Positions 8,996-16,666 of a DNA stretch of 20,000 bases are shown piece by piece. Below the pieces are notes generated by a model. That model was not told the DNA's origin, searched no databases, and worked only from the letters and a program-made list of their open reading frames with translations. Source of the DNA: an uncultured virus (IMG/VR IMGVR_UViG_3300043777_000336). Its lineage: Duplodnaviria > Heunggongvirae > Uroviricota > Caudoviricetes. The stretch lies in the IMG/VR virus record IMGVR_UViG_3300043777_000336. One strand, given 5' to 3'. Numbering within the stretch: position 1 is the stretch's first letter; each line of letters begins with the position of its first letter. The position numbers and the translations under genes were made by a program.

Positions 8996-9600
8996 TCCTC
9001 GACCACGACCAAGTTGCTCAAGACCCAGGCGACGACACGGTCATCCTGCGCACACTCGTGCATTGGGTCGACAGCAATATCGCCGCGACGACGAGCCCTT
9101 CGATGAGCCGACCCTGCGGTCACATCGCTCGAGACGCGAAGGGCGTCTGGCGGCTCGCCATGGCCGTCCAACGCGGCCCGACGAAGCGTCAGCGGCACTT
9201 CATCGACGTGGACCCGATGGGCACGCGCGAAGACCGCTGGCCGCTTCACAAACTCAGTCCAGGCGTCTGGGACATTTCCAAGAGCGTGTACATCGAAGGG
9301 CAGATGCACGCGTTCATTACGGTCGTTGGTATCCCTGATCCCGCGCCATGGGAGGCCGGATACGTACAGAAGTCCGGCACGGTCATCTCAATCAAAGATC
9401 CTACACCTGCGGAGCTTGGCGATTTCGCCGGCATGTGGACCAAGAAGATCATCGAGTCGTCGACGTTCAAGGGCATCACCGGATACGCCGTCGTTCTTTC
9501 CCGAGCGGACACCCTCGTTTTCATGGCCGCGACAGAACCGGGAGGAGGGCCGGCGTTTCGGGCTGCGCTGATGAAACATCTGACGGAGAGGTCAACGTGA
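8992..9600 (+). CDS. Hypothetical protein, 202 aa (MILDHDQ...)
   Basis: RBS GGAGG/AAGGA; overlaps at both ends. Confidence 0.7.
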   Translation: MILDHDQVAQDPGDDTVILRTLVHWVDSNIAATTSPSMSRPCGHIARDAKGVWRLAMAVQRGPTKRQRHFIDVDPMGTREDRWPLHKLSPGVWDISKSVYIEGQMHAFITVVGIPDPAPWEAGYVQKSGTVISIKDPTPAELGDFAGMWTKKIIESSTFKGITGYAVVLSRADTLVFMAATEPGGGPAFRAALMKHLTERST

Positions 9601-10151
9601 AATACTTCCTCGACACCGAGTTCTACGAAGACGGCAAGACCATCGACCTGATCTCGCTTGGCCTCGTCGCCGAGGACGGTCGAGAGTTCTACGCCGTTAG
9701 CACCGAAGCCAGGCTCGATCTTGTGAGCACGTGGGTCCGCGAACACGTCCTCCCGAGCCTTCCTCTCTACAGCGACAAGGTCTGGATGCCTCGAAAAGCC
9801 ATCATGCACGAGCTACTACGTTTCGTAGGCTACTGGCAAGGCGACGGTCCCAAGGACCAATACAAAAAGCCGGAATTCTGGGCCTACTACGCTGACTACG
9901 ACTGGGTCGCCCTCTGCCAGCTCTTCGGTACGATGATGAACCTACCCGACGGCTGGCCGATGTTCTGCCGAGACCTGAAGCAGCTGTCCGTCGACGTCGG
10001 TAGTCCAAGGCATCCACCGAACCCTGCCGACGAGCACAACGCCCTCGTCGACGCGCGCTGGAACCGAGACCTGTACGCGTACCTGAAAGCGTATATCCCT
10101 ATCCCAGGCGGAAGCGCAGCACCAACACGAAGCGAGCCGTGCAACCCATGA
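9597..10151 (+). CDS. DEDDh 3'-5' exoribonuclease, Rv2179c/RNase AS-like, 184 aa
   Basis: Starts at GTG 9597: MKYFLDTEF, LISLGLVAEDGREFY, WVREHVLP, WAYYADYDWV..CQLFGTM..LP.GWP..CRDLKQ, EHNALVDARW. Confidence 0.9.
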   Translation: MKYFLDTEFYEDGKTIDLISLGLVAEDGREFYAVSTEARLDLVSTWVREHVLPSLPLYSDKVWMPRKAIMHELLRFVGYWQGDGPKDQYKKPEFWAYYADYDWVALCQLFGTMMNLPDGWPMFCRDLKQLSVDVGSPRHPPNPADEHNALVDARWNRDLYAYLKAYIPIPGGSAAPTRSEPCNP

Positions 10152-10366
10152 TACCCATGAAATTCGAGTTGCTACAGCAGGTCATCGACAAGGTCTTAGG
10201 CGCTCCGAAGGTTCCGAGGATCACGGTCCGCGACGTGGAGGACGGCCTTCGCGAGGTGTTTCGACACGATCCTCTGCGAGCTGAACGAGCCATCGGCAAC
10301 ATGTACGGGTACATGTTCAAAAAGAAGGAAGCTATTTACGACGCGGCGGGCGGGAGGAGACCATGA
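10148..10366 (+). CDS. Hypothetical protein, about 72 aa
   Basis: ATGA overlap at 10148; start could be a downstream Met. Confidence 0.6.
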   Translation: MIPMKFELLQQVIDKVLGAPKVPRITVRDVEDGLREVFRHDPLRAERAIGNMYGYMFKKKEAIYDAAGGRRP

Positions 10367-10596
10367 ACGTCATTGAGCGGTTGTTCGAGATCGTCAAAAC
10401 AAACAGCTTCATCGGTGGATTCGTTCTACCTGAGGCCGAGTTTGCGAAAGCTCTCGACGAGACTATCCGTCATCCTTTGCCTGAATGGGGCGAACGCAAC
10501 ATCACGATGGGCATAGGCTGCCGCAGGATCGTGGTAGGTAATTCTGCCGGAGGGCCACGGATAACGATCCTTACCATCTTGGACTCGGCGAAATGA
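10363..10596 (+). CDS. Hypothetical protein, 77 aa
   Basis: GGAGGAG RBS, ATGA overlaps. Confidence 0.65.
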   Translation: MNVIERLFEIVKTNSFIGGFVLPEAEFAKALDETIRHPLPEWGERNITMGIGCRRIVVGNSAGGPRITILTILDSAK

Positions 10597-10949
10597 CCAT
10601 CCGTACTCAATTCGTGAAGCGCCCTCGATCTCAGGCGATTGCGGACTTCCTGAACCGATACGGCTTCCAGGTCTGCAAGCACGGTCGATCACCTTGTTAC
10701 GTATTCTGCGGCGTACGTGTCTCTCAGCCTGTCAGCGAGCTGGAGCTACGCCGGAGAGGATCCGTAGGCGGTCAACAGCTACCGTGGGAGCCGATTCCGC
10801 AACCGGAACGGAAACGTTGGCTACATAGAGTCTTGGCTCTCGGTCCTACGCTGCGACGTCGACGTAACCGAGGAAAACGTCACGCCCATTGGATGCGCGA
10901 GAAAGCCTATCGAGTCGCGAGGCTAATCGAGCTCGGAGGACCACTATGA
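10593..10949 (+). CDS. Hypothetical Arg-rich protein, 118 aa
   Basis: ATGA overlaps at both ends. Confidence 0.55.
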   Translation: MTIRTQFVKRPRSQAIADFLNRYGFQVCKHGRSPCYVFCGVRVSQPVSELELRRRGSVGGQQLPWEPIPQPERKRWLHRVLALGPTLRRRRNRGKRHAHWMREKAYRVARLIELGGPL

Positions 10950-11248
10950 AGCTCCGAGGTCGCATAAAACGTCATGAGCTCGTCGAACAGACAGGCGATC
11001 CCGACCTGCTCTTCGCCGACGGTTTCGACGACGCCATCCTCGGCGTGGCGACACGCTGCGGTCAGCCCACCATCGTGGTGTACGACCGGGAGAAGTGCAT
11101 CGAGATCCTGATCGCTGAGGCTCGCATCGGCGGGTCTCGTTTCGATTGGCATCGGGAAGATGCCGAGGAGCATTTCGTGCACAGCGTCGAGGGTTCGTGG
11201 TCTGGGCCGCGGACGCCCGCCTACGTCGCGAAACCCAAAGAATCTTGA
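10946..11248 (+). CDS. Phage-type hypothetical protein, 100 aa (MKLRGRIK...)
   Basis: GGAGGA RBS; LFADGFDDAILGV...VVYDREKCIEIL...AEEHF...G..TP resembles a phage family of unknown function as I recall it (not searched). Confidence 0.75.
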   Translation: MKLRGRIKRHELVEQTGDPDLLFADGFDDAILGVATRCGQPTIVVYDREKCIEILIAEARIGGSRFDWHREDAEEHFVHSVEGSWSGPRTPAYVAKPKES

Positions 11249-11281
11249 CTTCGCCATCTGTTGGAGCATGCTCAGCGCTTC

Positions 11282-11346
11282 CCTTGCCGCTACCGTGGCG
11301 AGGCCGAAGCCGCTCTTCTCCCCCCAGGAGAGCGGCTTCTGTTTTT
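11282..11346 (+). ncRNA. Candidate two-hairpin small RNA or structured 3' UTR
   Basis: Hairpin CCTTGCCGC-TACC-GTGGCGAGG (11282-11303) followed by the terminator hairpin; TTGACT-N16-CATGCT upstream (11245-11272). Confidence 0.35.
11306..11346 (+). terminator. Rho-independent terminator
   Basis: 14-bp stem GAAGCCGCTCTTCT/AGGAGAGCGGCTTC (one G:U), C6 loop, followed by TGTTTTT. Confidence 0.8.
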
Positions 11347-11372
11347 CCGTGAGCCGGGGTAATCTGGCACTC

Positions 11373-12089
11373 ATGGCGCGCGTCAGAGAGCTCCCCACCA
11401 ATCCGGCCGGTGACGAAGTCCTCGGGACCGTCGGCGACGTCGATTTTCCTTCGCACGGCGGAGGTGAAGTCTACAAGAGCGAGCAGGGCTACATGCTCGA
11501 GTTCGTCGTGACACCCGACGGAGACTTCGGTGCACCAGCCGCGCGTTGGCGAGTTTACCAAGTCGAGCTCGTCAAAGGCGTGCCCGAAGGGAGTCTCAAA
11601 CAGGTCGCCAAGTTCGCCGACTGGCGACCGAGCGAGCTCAAGGAAGCCTTCGAGGGCGACGACATCATGGCTCGTGCCGAAGCGTACGTCGACTGGGCCG
11701 GGTACTACGGCTGGGAAATGTTCGATGAGGCACCGCTCGTCCTCGACAAGAGGACCGTCGAAGAGCGCTACGACACCGAGATCGAACCGTACGACGAAGA
11801 TGAAGAGGACGAGGAAGACGAGAACGACGATCCGTTCTCTGACGAAGAATTCAACGAGGGTTACATCATCTCGAACAAGGTGAGTGGCGCCTTGGGATCG
11901 GGCCGTGGAGTCGTTGTGACCCAAGCCAACAAGCGAGTAGGCGTCTATGAAGACAAAGAAGAAGCTATGAAGGCCATCAATAAGCGCATGGAAAAAGAAG
12001 GCTTCTTCCCGAACGTCTATTTCGTAAATGAGCGAGGGAACGTCGACCTGCTCGATGAAAAGGGCAATATCGTCGAGTCACGAGTCTAG
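11373..12089 (+). CDS. Acidic hypothetical protein, 238 aa (MARVRELP...)
   Basis: Start placed after the terminator rather than at 11160; D/E tract DEDEEDEEDENDD; C-terminal FFPNVYFVNERGNV. Confidence 0.75.
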   Translation: MARVRELPTNPAGDEVLGTVGDVDFPSHGGGEVYKSEQGYMLEFVVTPDGDFGAPAARWRVYQVELVKGVPEGSLKQVAKFADWRPSELKEAFEGDDIMARAEAYVDWAGYYGWEMFDEAPLVLDKRTVEERYDTEIEPYDEDEEDEEDENDDPFSDEEFNEGYIISNKVSGALGSGRGVVVTQANKRVGVYEDKEEAMKAINKRMEKEGFFPNVYFVNERGNVDLLDEKGNIVESRV

Positions 12090-12116
12090 TTCTGCACAAC
12101 GCAACAGGAGAATCCC

Positions 12117-12311
12117 ATGGCACGCAGTCTCGATCTCGATGTCGACAGCCCGGACAAGGTGAGCCGCATCTTGCGCAACGCCGCCGAACGTTTCTACGAA
12201 GATGCCGGCGAGCTCGAGGCATCTTGGCAAGATCCGGGAGCCGGTCGTCCATGGACCCTCATCGCCAAGATTCTCGATCGCGCTGCCGACAGCATCGACA
12301 AGAAAATCTAG
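12117..12311 (+). CDS. Hypothetical protein, 64 aa
   Basis: AGGAG RBS. Confidence 0.75.
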   Translation: MARSLDLDVDSPDKVSRILRNAAERFYEDAGELEASWQDPGAGRPWTLIAKILDRAADSIDKKI

Positions 12312-12319
12312 GAGCGGGC

Positions 12320-12514
12320 GTGAATATCGGGAAGTTCGCGTCCTGTATCCGTCAGGCGCGAGACATCTACGTCTGGGTCCCGTATCACAAGGACGACGGC
12401 GTCTACGTCCAGGTCTCGAAGACCAGCGCGAAGCTCATCCTCGAAGATGCTCGCGAAGGGAACGTCATAGAGATTCTTGCCGACATGCGAGCGGACGGGC
12501 TGTTCATCGGATGA
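12320..12514 (+). CDS. Hypothetical protein, 64 aa (MNIGKFAS...)
   Basis: AGGAG RBS then GTG 12320; last gene of the rightward run. Confidence 0.7.
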   Translation: MNIGKFASCIRQARDIYVWVPYHKDDGVYVQVSKTSAKLILEDAREGNVIEILADMRADGLFIG

Positions 12515-12610
12515 CCACCTAAAAAAGTACGCACACGCGCTGTCCCTATTCTGAGCTCGTCTCGTTCGAAGGCTCGCGACTCCTCCGTCCTCTCTTGCCC
12601 CGCGCACACG

Positions 12611-12829
12611 CTACCGCTCCCTGATGGGCGGCAGGTTGTCGCGAACCACCCGTCCCAACCTCTCCCATTGTGAGAGCCGACCTTCTAGCTCGGCGACGTA
12701 GAACCCGGCCTGCTCCAGAAGTTCGGCCGCATCGTCGAGGATCGGAGTGCCGCTCCGACGTGTGCTCGCCGCCGCACACTTCTGCGCCATCTCTACCAAC
12801 GTGTCCCGGGTCACCATGATCTTCGACAT
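12611..12829 (-). CDS. Array gene, hypothetical, 72 aa
   Basis: GAGG RBS; last gene of the leftward run. Confidence 0.7.
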   Translation of the reverse strand: MSKIMVTRDTLVEMAQKCAAASTRRSGTPILDDAAELLEQAGFYVAELEGRLSQWERLGRVVRDNLPPIRER

Positions 12830-12864
12830 CGCCTCTCACCTTCCTCCAATCGCGCGCACCAAAG

Positions 12865-13176
12865 TCACTGGTCAATCAGCGGCGTCATGTGACCAGGCGG
12901 CAGAATCTCCGCCAGCAACGCATCAAGATACTCGTGCGCGCAAAAGTGGTAGGCGATGCACGCCGCTCCGTCCGTCTCCGCCTTCCTGCGATGCTTCAAC
13001 GCCTTCTGCGCGATAGTGAGCAGGCGGTCTCGATACTCCTTCACCGCCTCCGCTTTGACCTTCGCGGCGTGTGCGTGCAGGTCCAGACACCTCGGACAAA
13101 TCTCGGGATACCCTTCACCGCCCTTCGGTATCGGCCTTCCACATCCAGGGGTGTCGCACGTCGGTCGCTTCGCCAT
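12865..13176 (-). CDS. Array gene, zinc-finger-like N-terminus, 103 aa
   Basis: GGAGG RBS; CDTPGC...CPRC; flanked by repeats. Confidence 0.75.
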   Translation of the reverse strand: MAKRPTCDTPGCGRPIPKGGEGYPEICPRCLDLHAHAAKVKAEAVKEYRDRLLTIAQKALKHRRKAETDGAACIAYHFCAHEYLDALLAEILPPGHMTPLIDQ

Positions 13177-13221
13177 GGTTCCTCCGCGTCTCCTTCGCCT
13201 ACGCCTGAATCGCGCGCACGG

Positions 13222-13401
13222 TCATCGAACCTTCGCCAGCTTCCAGAGTGCGACTTCGGCAGACGAAGCAGGTGCGCACCAGTCTCTTCCGGTCAGTCGC
13301 CAGAAGACCTTGCGCTGTATGAGGAGCCGCTGAAGCTCCCAACCTCGACGACGACCGAAGGCCGTCAGCATCTTGAACTTCGTGACCTTCACGCCAGCCA
13401 T
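13222..13401 (-). CDS. Array gene, basic hypothetical, 59 aa (MAGVKVTK...)
   Basis: Lies exactly between repeat copies 13410 and 13211. Confidence 0.6.
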   Translation of the reverse strand: MAGVKVTKFKMLTAFGRRRGWELQRLLIQRKVFWRLTGRDWCAPASSAEVALWKLAKVR

Positions 13402-13421
13402 CCTCTCTTCGCGCGCACGGG

Positions 13422-13538
13422 TCAGCCGCCCCAGAGCGTGACGCATACCCATCGGTATCCGACGTGATCGAAATGCCACCACCGTCGCCTGAATGGCGAC
13501 GAAGCCCCTGTTGGCTGCACATACTCATCCAGCATCAT
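13422..13538 (-). CDS. Array gene, 38-aa Trp-rich peptide
   Basis: MMLDEYVQPTGASSPFRRRWWHFDHVGYRWVCVTLWGG; AAGGAGG RBS within the repeat; stop 3 nt before the next repeat. Confidence 0.6.
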   Translation of the reverse strand: MMLDEYVQPTGASSPFRRRWWHFDHVGYRWVCVTLWGG

Positions 13539-13564
13539 CGTCTAGCCCTCCTTCGCGCGCACGG

Positions 13565-13850
13565 TCACTCGCACGATTGTGACTCGACTGGCGCCGACGT
13601 GACCGCGGGTCGGCATTCCTTCGGCGCATCTGGGCTCGGGATCAGTTCCCACCACACCGTCTTCCCCACCTTGAACGCGCGAAGGCCGGGGATGCGTTTG
13701 TCGATGAGTATGAGCCACCTATCCGCGGTGGGGAGACTGATGCGTCTCGACTCCGCAATGGTCGACCGGCTCACCCGACCACCGGACATAAGCTCGCCGA
13801 CGACTCGTTAGGATGCCGTCAAGCGTTCCCTCATGTTTGTTGACCGCCAC
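13565..13850 (-). pseudogene. Array gene, winged-HTH-like protein with an apparent +1 frameshift
   Basis: GTG 13850 gives MAVNKHEGTLDGIL. Deleting one base of the TT at 13808-13809 joins it to RVVGELMSGGRVSRSTIAESRRISLPTADRWLILI..., an HTH-like sequence. Confidence 0.5.
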
Positions 13851-13888
13851 GTTCCTCACCTCCGTCCAGCCCTCCTTCGCGCGCACGG

Positions 13889-14143
13889 TCACGCGCCGAT
13901 CTTCTTGTCGAGCAATCGCGTCGCCTCTGCAACTGCACCTATCCTACCGTCAAGAAGCGCTGCGATTGCCACCTCAAGCTCAGCGATACGAGCACGGTCC
14001 TCCGTGCGGAGGTCGTCAACCACCTCGGCGAGCAACGTGGTCAAACCGTCCACGTCATCCTGCGACGGGACGCCGTGCAGGTTCGGGAGCGACTTGAGGA
14101 ACTTCCTCGCCCGGTCTCGCATCGGCCCGTAGAGATCCACCAT
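13889..14143 (-). CDS. Array gene, hypothetical, 84 aa
   Basis: Flanked by two full repeats; RBS in the repeat. Confidence 0.75.
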   Translation of the reverse strand: MVDLYGPMRDRARKFLKSLPNLHGVPSQDDVDGLTTLLAEVVDDLRTEDRARIAELEVAIAALLDGRIGAVAEATRLLDKKIGA

Positions 14144-14182
14144 CTAGCCCTCCTTCGCGCGCACATCAATCAGCCTCCGCCG

Positions 14183-14425
14183 TTAGGCGGAGTACCATCC
14201 GGTCCAGTCACGCTCCACACTTGCGTCTGTCTCTGCTCTCGCACGGTCTAGGGCGGCTAGCGACCGACCGAGCACGCGTCCGTCATTGTTGGCCGCGTGG
14301 TACCGAGATCGTTGAAGCCGGGCAGCAGTCCACCCGAGTGTGAACCCGATGACGGTCGAAAAGAGGGCGACCGCTACCATACGAGCTAGGCCGACAATGC
14401 CACCAAAAAAGACGTATTCGTCCAT
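14183..14425 (-). CDS. Array gene, predicted membrane protein, 80 aa
   Basis: Hydrophobic N-terminus VFFGGIVGLARMVAVALFSTVIGFTLGW; GAGGTG RBS. Confidence 0.7.
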   Translation of the reverse strand: MDEYVFFGGIVGLARMVAVALFSTVIGFTLGWTAARLQRSRYHAANNDGRVLGRSLAALDRARAETDASVERDWTGWYSA

Positions 14426-14444
14426 TCGTCACCTCGCGCGCACC

Positions 14445-14624
14445 TCATCGAATGCGCCGTAGAAGATAAATCTCTGAAACCGTTAGCGGTATGATGACGA
14501 CCCAGAAGAGTGGAGCGTCGCGCATCGCTCCGGTTGAGTTGCGCCAACGCAGCGATACCGGGCCGAAAAGGATACACACTGCGAACGTGACCACCGCAAC
14601 CCGGTCGAACCAGCGGCGCCTCAT
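14445..14624 (-). CDS. Array gene, 59-aa protein with two hydrophobic segments
   Basis: Hand translation MRRRWFDRVAVVTFAVCILFGPVSLRWRNSTGAMRDAPLFWVVIIPLTVSEIYLLRRIR; stop 1 nt before repeat 14435. Confidence 0.6.
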   Translation of the reverse strand: MRRRWFDRVAVVTFAVCILFGPVSLRWRNSTGAMRDAPLFWVVIIPLTVSEIYLLRRIR

Positions 14625-14636
14625 CCTCTACCCTTC

Positions 14637-15036
14637 TCAAGTCGCATGAAAACTGTCCTGACATGTCACAATCCCATCAGTATCGAGACCAGCAATGTAG
14701 TCCTTCACCCTGTCGCATGAGGGGCAATGGCGCACCCTATCGAGATGTCGAAGCGCACGCCTGGCGACCGCACCAGCCTCGTCGTCATCGCTGGGCTCAA
14801 GTGACGAGATAAGCGCCAGCGCCTCCCGAGCGAACCCAAGCTCACACGAGTCGGCCGACCTGATCTCGTCCAGGAGAGTCGTGAGGGCCGGTGTCAGTTC
14901 GTCGATTCGGCACCCCTTGATCCTCCGCACTCTTCTGAAGCCAGACACGTAGGGCGTGCCACTGCTCCGTATGCAACTGGATTCCAAAGCCCCGCAAGTG
15001 GTCGATGGTCGCGTTAGCGAAGTTGACCTGACTCAT
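14637..15036 (-). pseudogene. Array gene with an apparent +1 frameshift (or two overlapping ORFs)
   Basis: ATG 15036 gives MSQVNFAN...SAEDQGVP. Deleting one base of the TT at 14906-14907 continues IDELTPALTTLLDEIR...CPSC...CQDSFHAT*. Confidence 0.5.
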
Positions 15037-15075
15037 CTCGTCACCTTCCTCCGTCCAGGCTTCCAAAGCGCGCAC

Positions 15076-15327
15076 TCAAGCCTGCGCAACGTGACTCGTG
15101 GTCCACGGGGGCTCGCCTTGGACGAGCAAGCGGGTCGGCACGAGACCAAGACGCATCGCGAGCGCCTGCCCCTTGACGGTCGCCTCCCAGCCTCCCTCGT
15201 TCGCTCTCCGCGCGAGTGCATCCGCGATGAGGACGCCCACCGCGGGTTGGGCGTGCTTCCGCACCCACTCCTGGGTGCGTGGCTTGCAGGCTAGGGCTCG
15301 TAGCAATTCGTATGGCTTCATGGTCAT
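15076..15327 (-). CDS. Array gene, hypothetical, 83 aa (MTMKPYELL...), possible winged helix
   Basis: AAAGGA RBS; GGWEATVKGQAL; stop directly abuts repeat 15067. Confidence 0.65.
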   Translation of the reverse strand: MTMKPYELLRALACKPRTQEWVRKHAQPAVGVLIADALARRANEGGWEATVKGQALAMRLGLVPTRLLVQGEPPWTTSHVAQA

Positions 15328-15370
15328 CGTCCTTTCGTTTCGGCTGACTACGCTTGAATCGCGCGCACGG

Positions 15371-15712
15371 TCACGCTGGTTCGGAGAGGACGAACGCCCA
15401 TCCGACCCATGACGGCCTGAGCCTCGCCACAGCCCGACCAATGCGGGCCATCATGGTTTCGTCATCGCCGCGCTTCGTCAGGCGGAGCGCCAGCCGATTG
15501 TGAGCCGTCGTACCCACCATCGGATTCTTCTCTTCGACCAAGACTCTAACCTTACCAGTGGGACCGGCGGCCATCGTGTCGGTCACCCAAGGCTTGTATG
15601 CGTTCATGTTGTTTCTCTCCTTCCGTTCCGCCGCGCCCCTGCACGTGCACTCGTAGCTCATGCCGCCGCACTTCGGACACCGCGTCGGCTTGTCTTCCTT
15701 CGTCTCCACCAT
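15371..15712 (-). CDS. Array gene, hypothetical, 113 aa
   Basis: Flanked by repeats; N-terminal CPKC..CTC; possible internal start MNAYK after AAGGAG. Confidence 0.7.
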   Translation of the reverse strand: MVETKEDKPTRCPKCGGMSYECTCRGAAERKERNNMNAYKPWVTDTMAAGPTGKVRVLVEEKNPMVGTTAHNRLALRLTKRGDDETMMARIGRAVARLRPSWVGWAFVLSEPA

Positions 15713-15735
15713 CTAGCCCTCCTTAGCGCGCACGG

Positions 15736-16002
15736 TCAGCCGATCCGAAGCTCTTGCACGATCGCCCGTGCGGCCCCGATGTTCTTCGGCTCGCGAGCGA
15801 TCCTGAGCAACGCGAACTTGTATCGCTCCGCTCGGTCGTACTCCACCTTGAGCGCGTACTGCGCCGCTGTCGTTTCCTTCTCGGCTTGCTCAGCACGCCC
15901 GCGCTGGAACGCCACGTCGACGCGCCACTGCTGTTGCGCCCACACCGGCAGACGTGTCCACCGATCCATATCTTCGTGCTCTGCAAGCTCTGCGGTCGGC
16001 AT
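15736..16002 (-). CDS. Array gene, coiled-coil hypothetical, 88 aa
   Basis: Purine-rich RBS; flanked by repeats. Confidence 0.75.
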   Translation of the reverse strand: MPTAELAEHEDMDRWTRLPVWAQQQWRVDVAFQRGRAEQAEKETTAAQYALKVEYDRAERYKFALLRIAREPKNIGAARAIVQELRIG

Positions 16003-16052
16003 GTCTCTCTTCCTTTCCTGCGTTCAGGCTTTGATCGCGCGCACGGTGGCGC

Positions 16053-16409
16053 TCACGATTTTGACTCTCCGACGTCCGGCGCGCACACGTTACAGCCCTG
16101 GTCCACGCCGTCACCGCACTTCGGGCAGTGTGGGCACGTGGTGACGTCTGAGCCACACGTGCGGCAGATGACGGATGGATCGGGCTCGATCGTGATCAGC
16201 ACGGCACCATCGATTCCGAAGAGCCGGCCGAAGTCACGAATGACGTGCTCCGACTTCTCGCCACACGCTGCACCGGGAACGTTCACAAGCAACCTCTCGT
16301 CTCCGCCGATGACGAACGGTGTCTCGCCGTCCGGTGCGGGGATGAGCCGCAGTCCTACATCGACTGTCGACACGCTCTCCACGGTGGCTCGGTAAGTCAT
16401 CTTCGACAT
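16053..16409 (-). CDS. Array gene with C-terminal Cys-rich region, 118 aa
   Basis: GGAGG RBS; CRTC..CPHCPKC..CNVC. Confidence 0.75.
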   Translation of the reverse strand: MSKMTYRATVESVSTVDVGLRLIPAPDGETPFVIGGDERLLVNVPGAACGEKSEHVIRDFGRLFGIDGAVLITIEPDPSVICRTCGSDVTTCPHCPKCGDGVDQGCNVCAPDVGESKS

Positions 16410-16441
16410 CGCCCGCTACCTCCCTCGTCCCGCGCGCACGG

Positions 16442-16666
16442 TCACGCACCCTTCCGAAGCTGCCGAGCGGCCGAGATGAGCGCGCGGCCCCACCCTTCGA
16501 GCGCCTGGGCCATGGCCTCGATGTCCACCGGCCTCACGTCCTTCCGCACCTTCATCACGAACCTGTCGCGGGCGACATCAACGTCGAACGTCCACGGCAG
16601 CCGCCCACGTAGTGCGCGCTCGACCGTGAAGCTGCGCACGTTGGCGACCTTTCGTTTGCTCATCAT
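16442..16666 (-). CDS. Array gene, hypothetical, 74 aa
   Basis: Flanked by repeats; RBS in the repeat. Confidence 0.75.
   Translation of the reverse strand: MMSKRKVANVRSFTVERALRGRLPWTFDVDVARDRFVMKVRKDVRPVDIEAMAQALEGWGRALISAARQLRKGA

Noticed and set aside
11160..11372. Long N-terminus of the 309-aa ORF
   Set aside because: It overlaps the previous gene and crosses a clear terminator hairpin.
10944..11924. 326-aa antisense ORF and other long opposite-strand ORFs
   Set aside because: Expected shadows in GC-rich DNA; they lack RBSs and conflict with the tight tiling on the coding strand.
12515..12545. Rho-independent terminator at the convergence point
   Set aside because: A T6 run is present on the minus strand, but only a weak 4-bp stem precedes it.
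16079..16087. GTGCGCGCC inside gene 16053-16409
   Set aside because: It lies within a coding region, mismatches the core, and is plausible by chance at this GC content.
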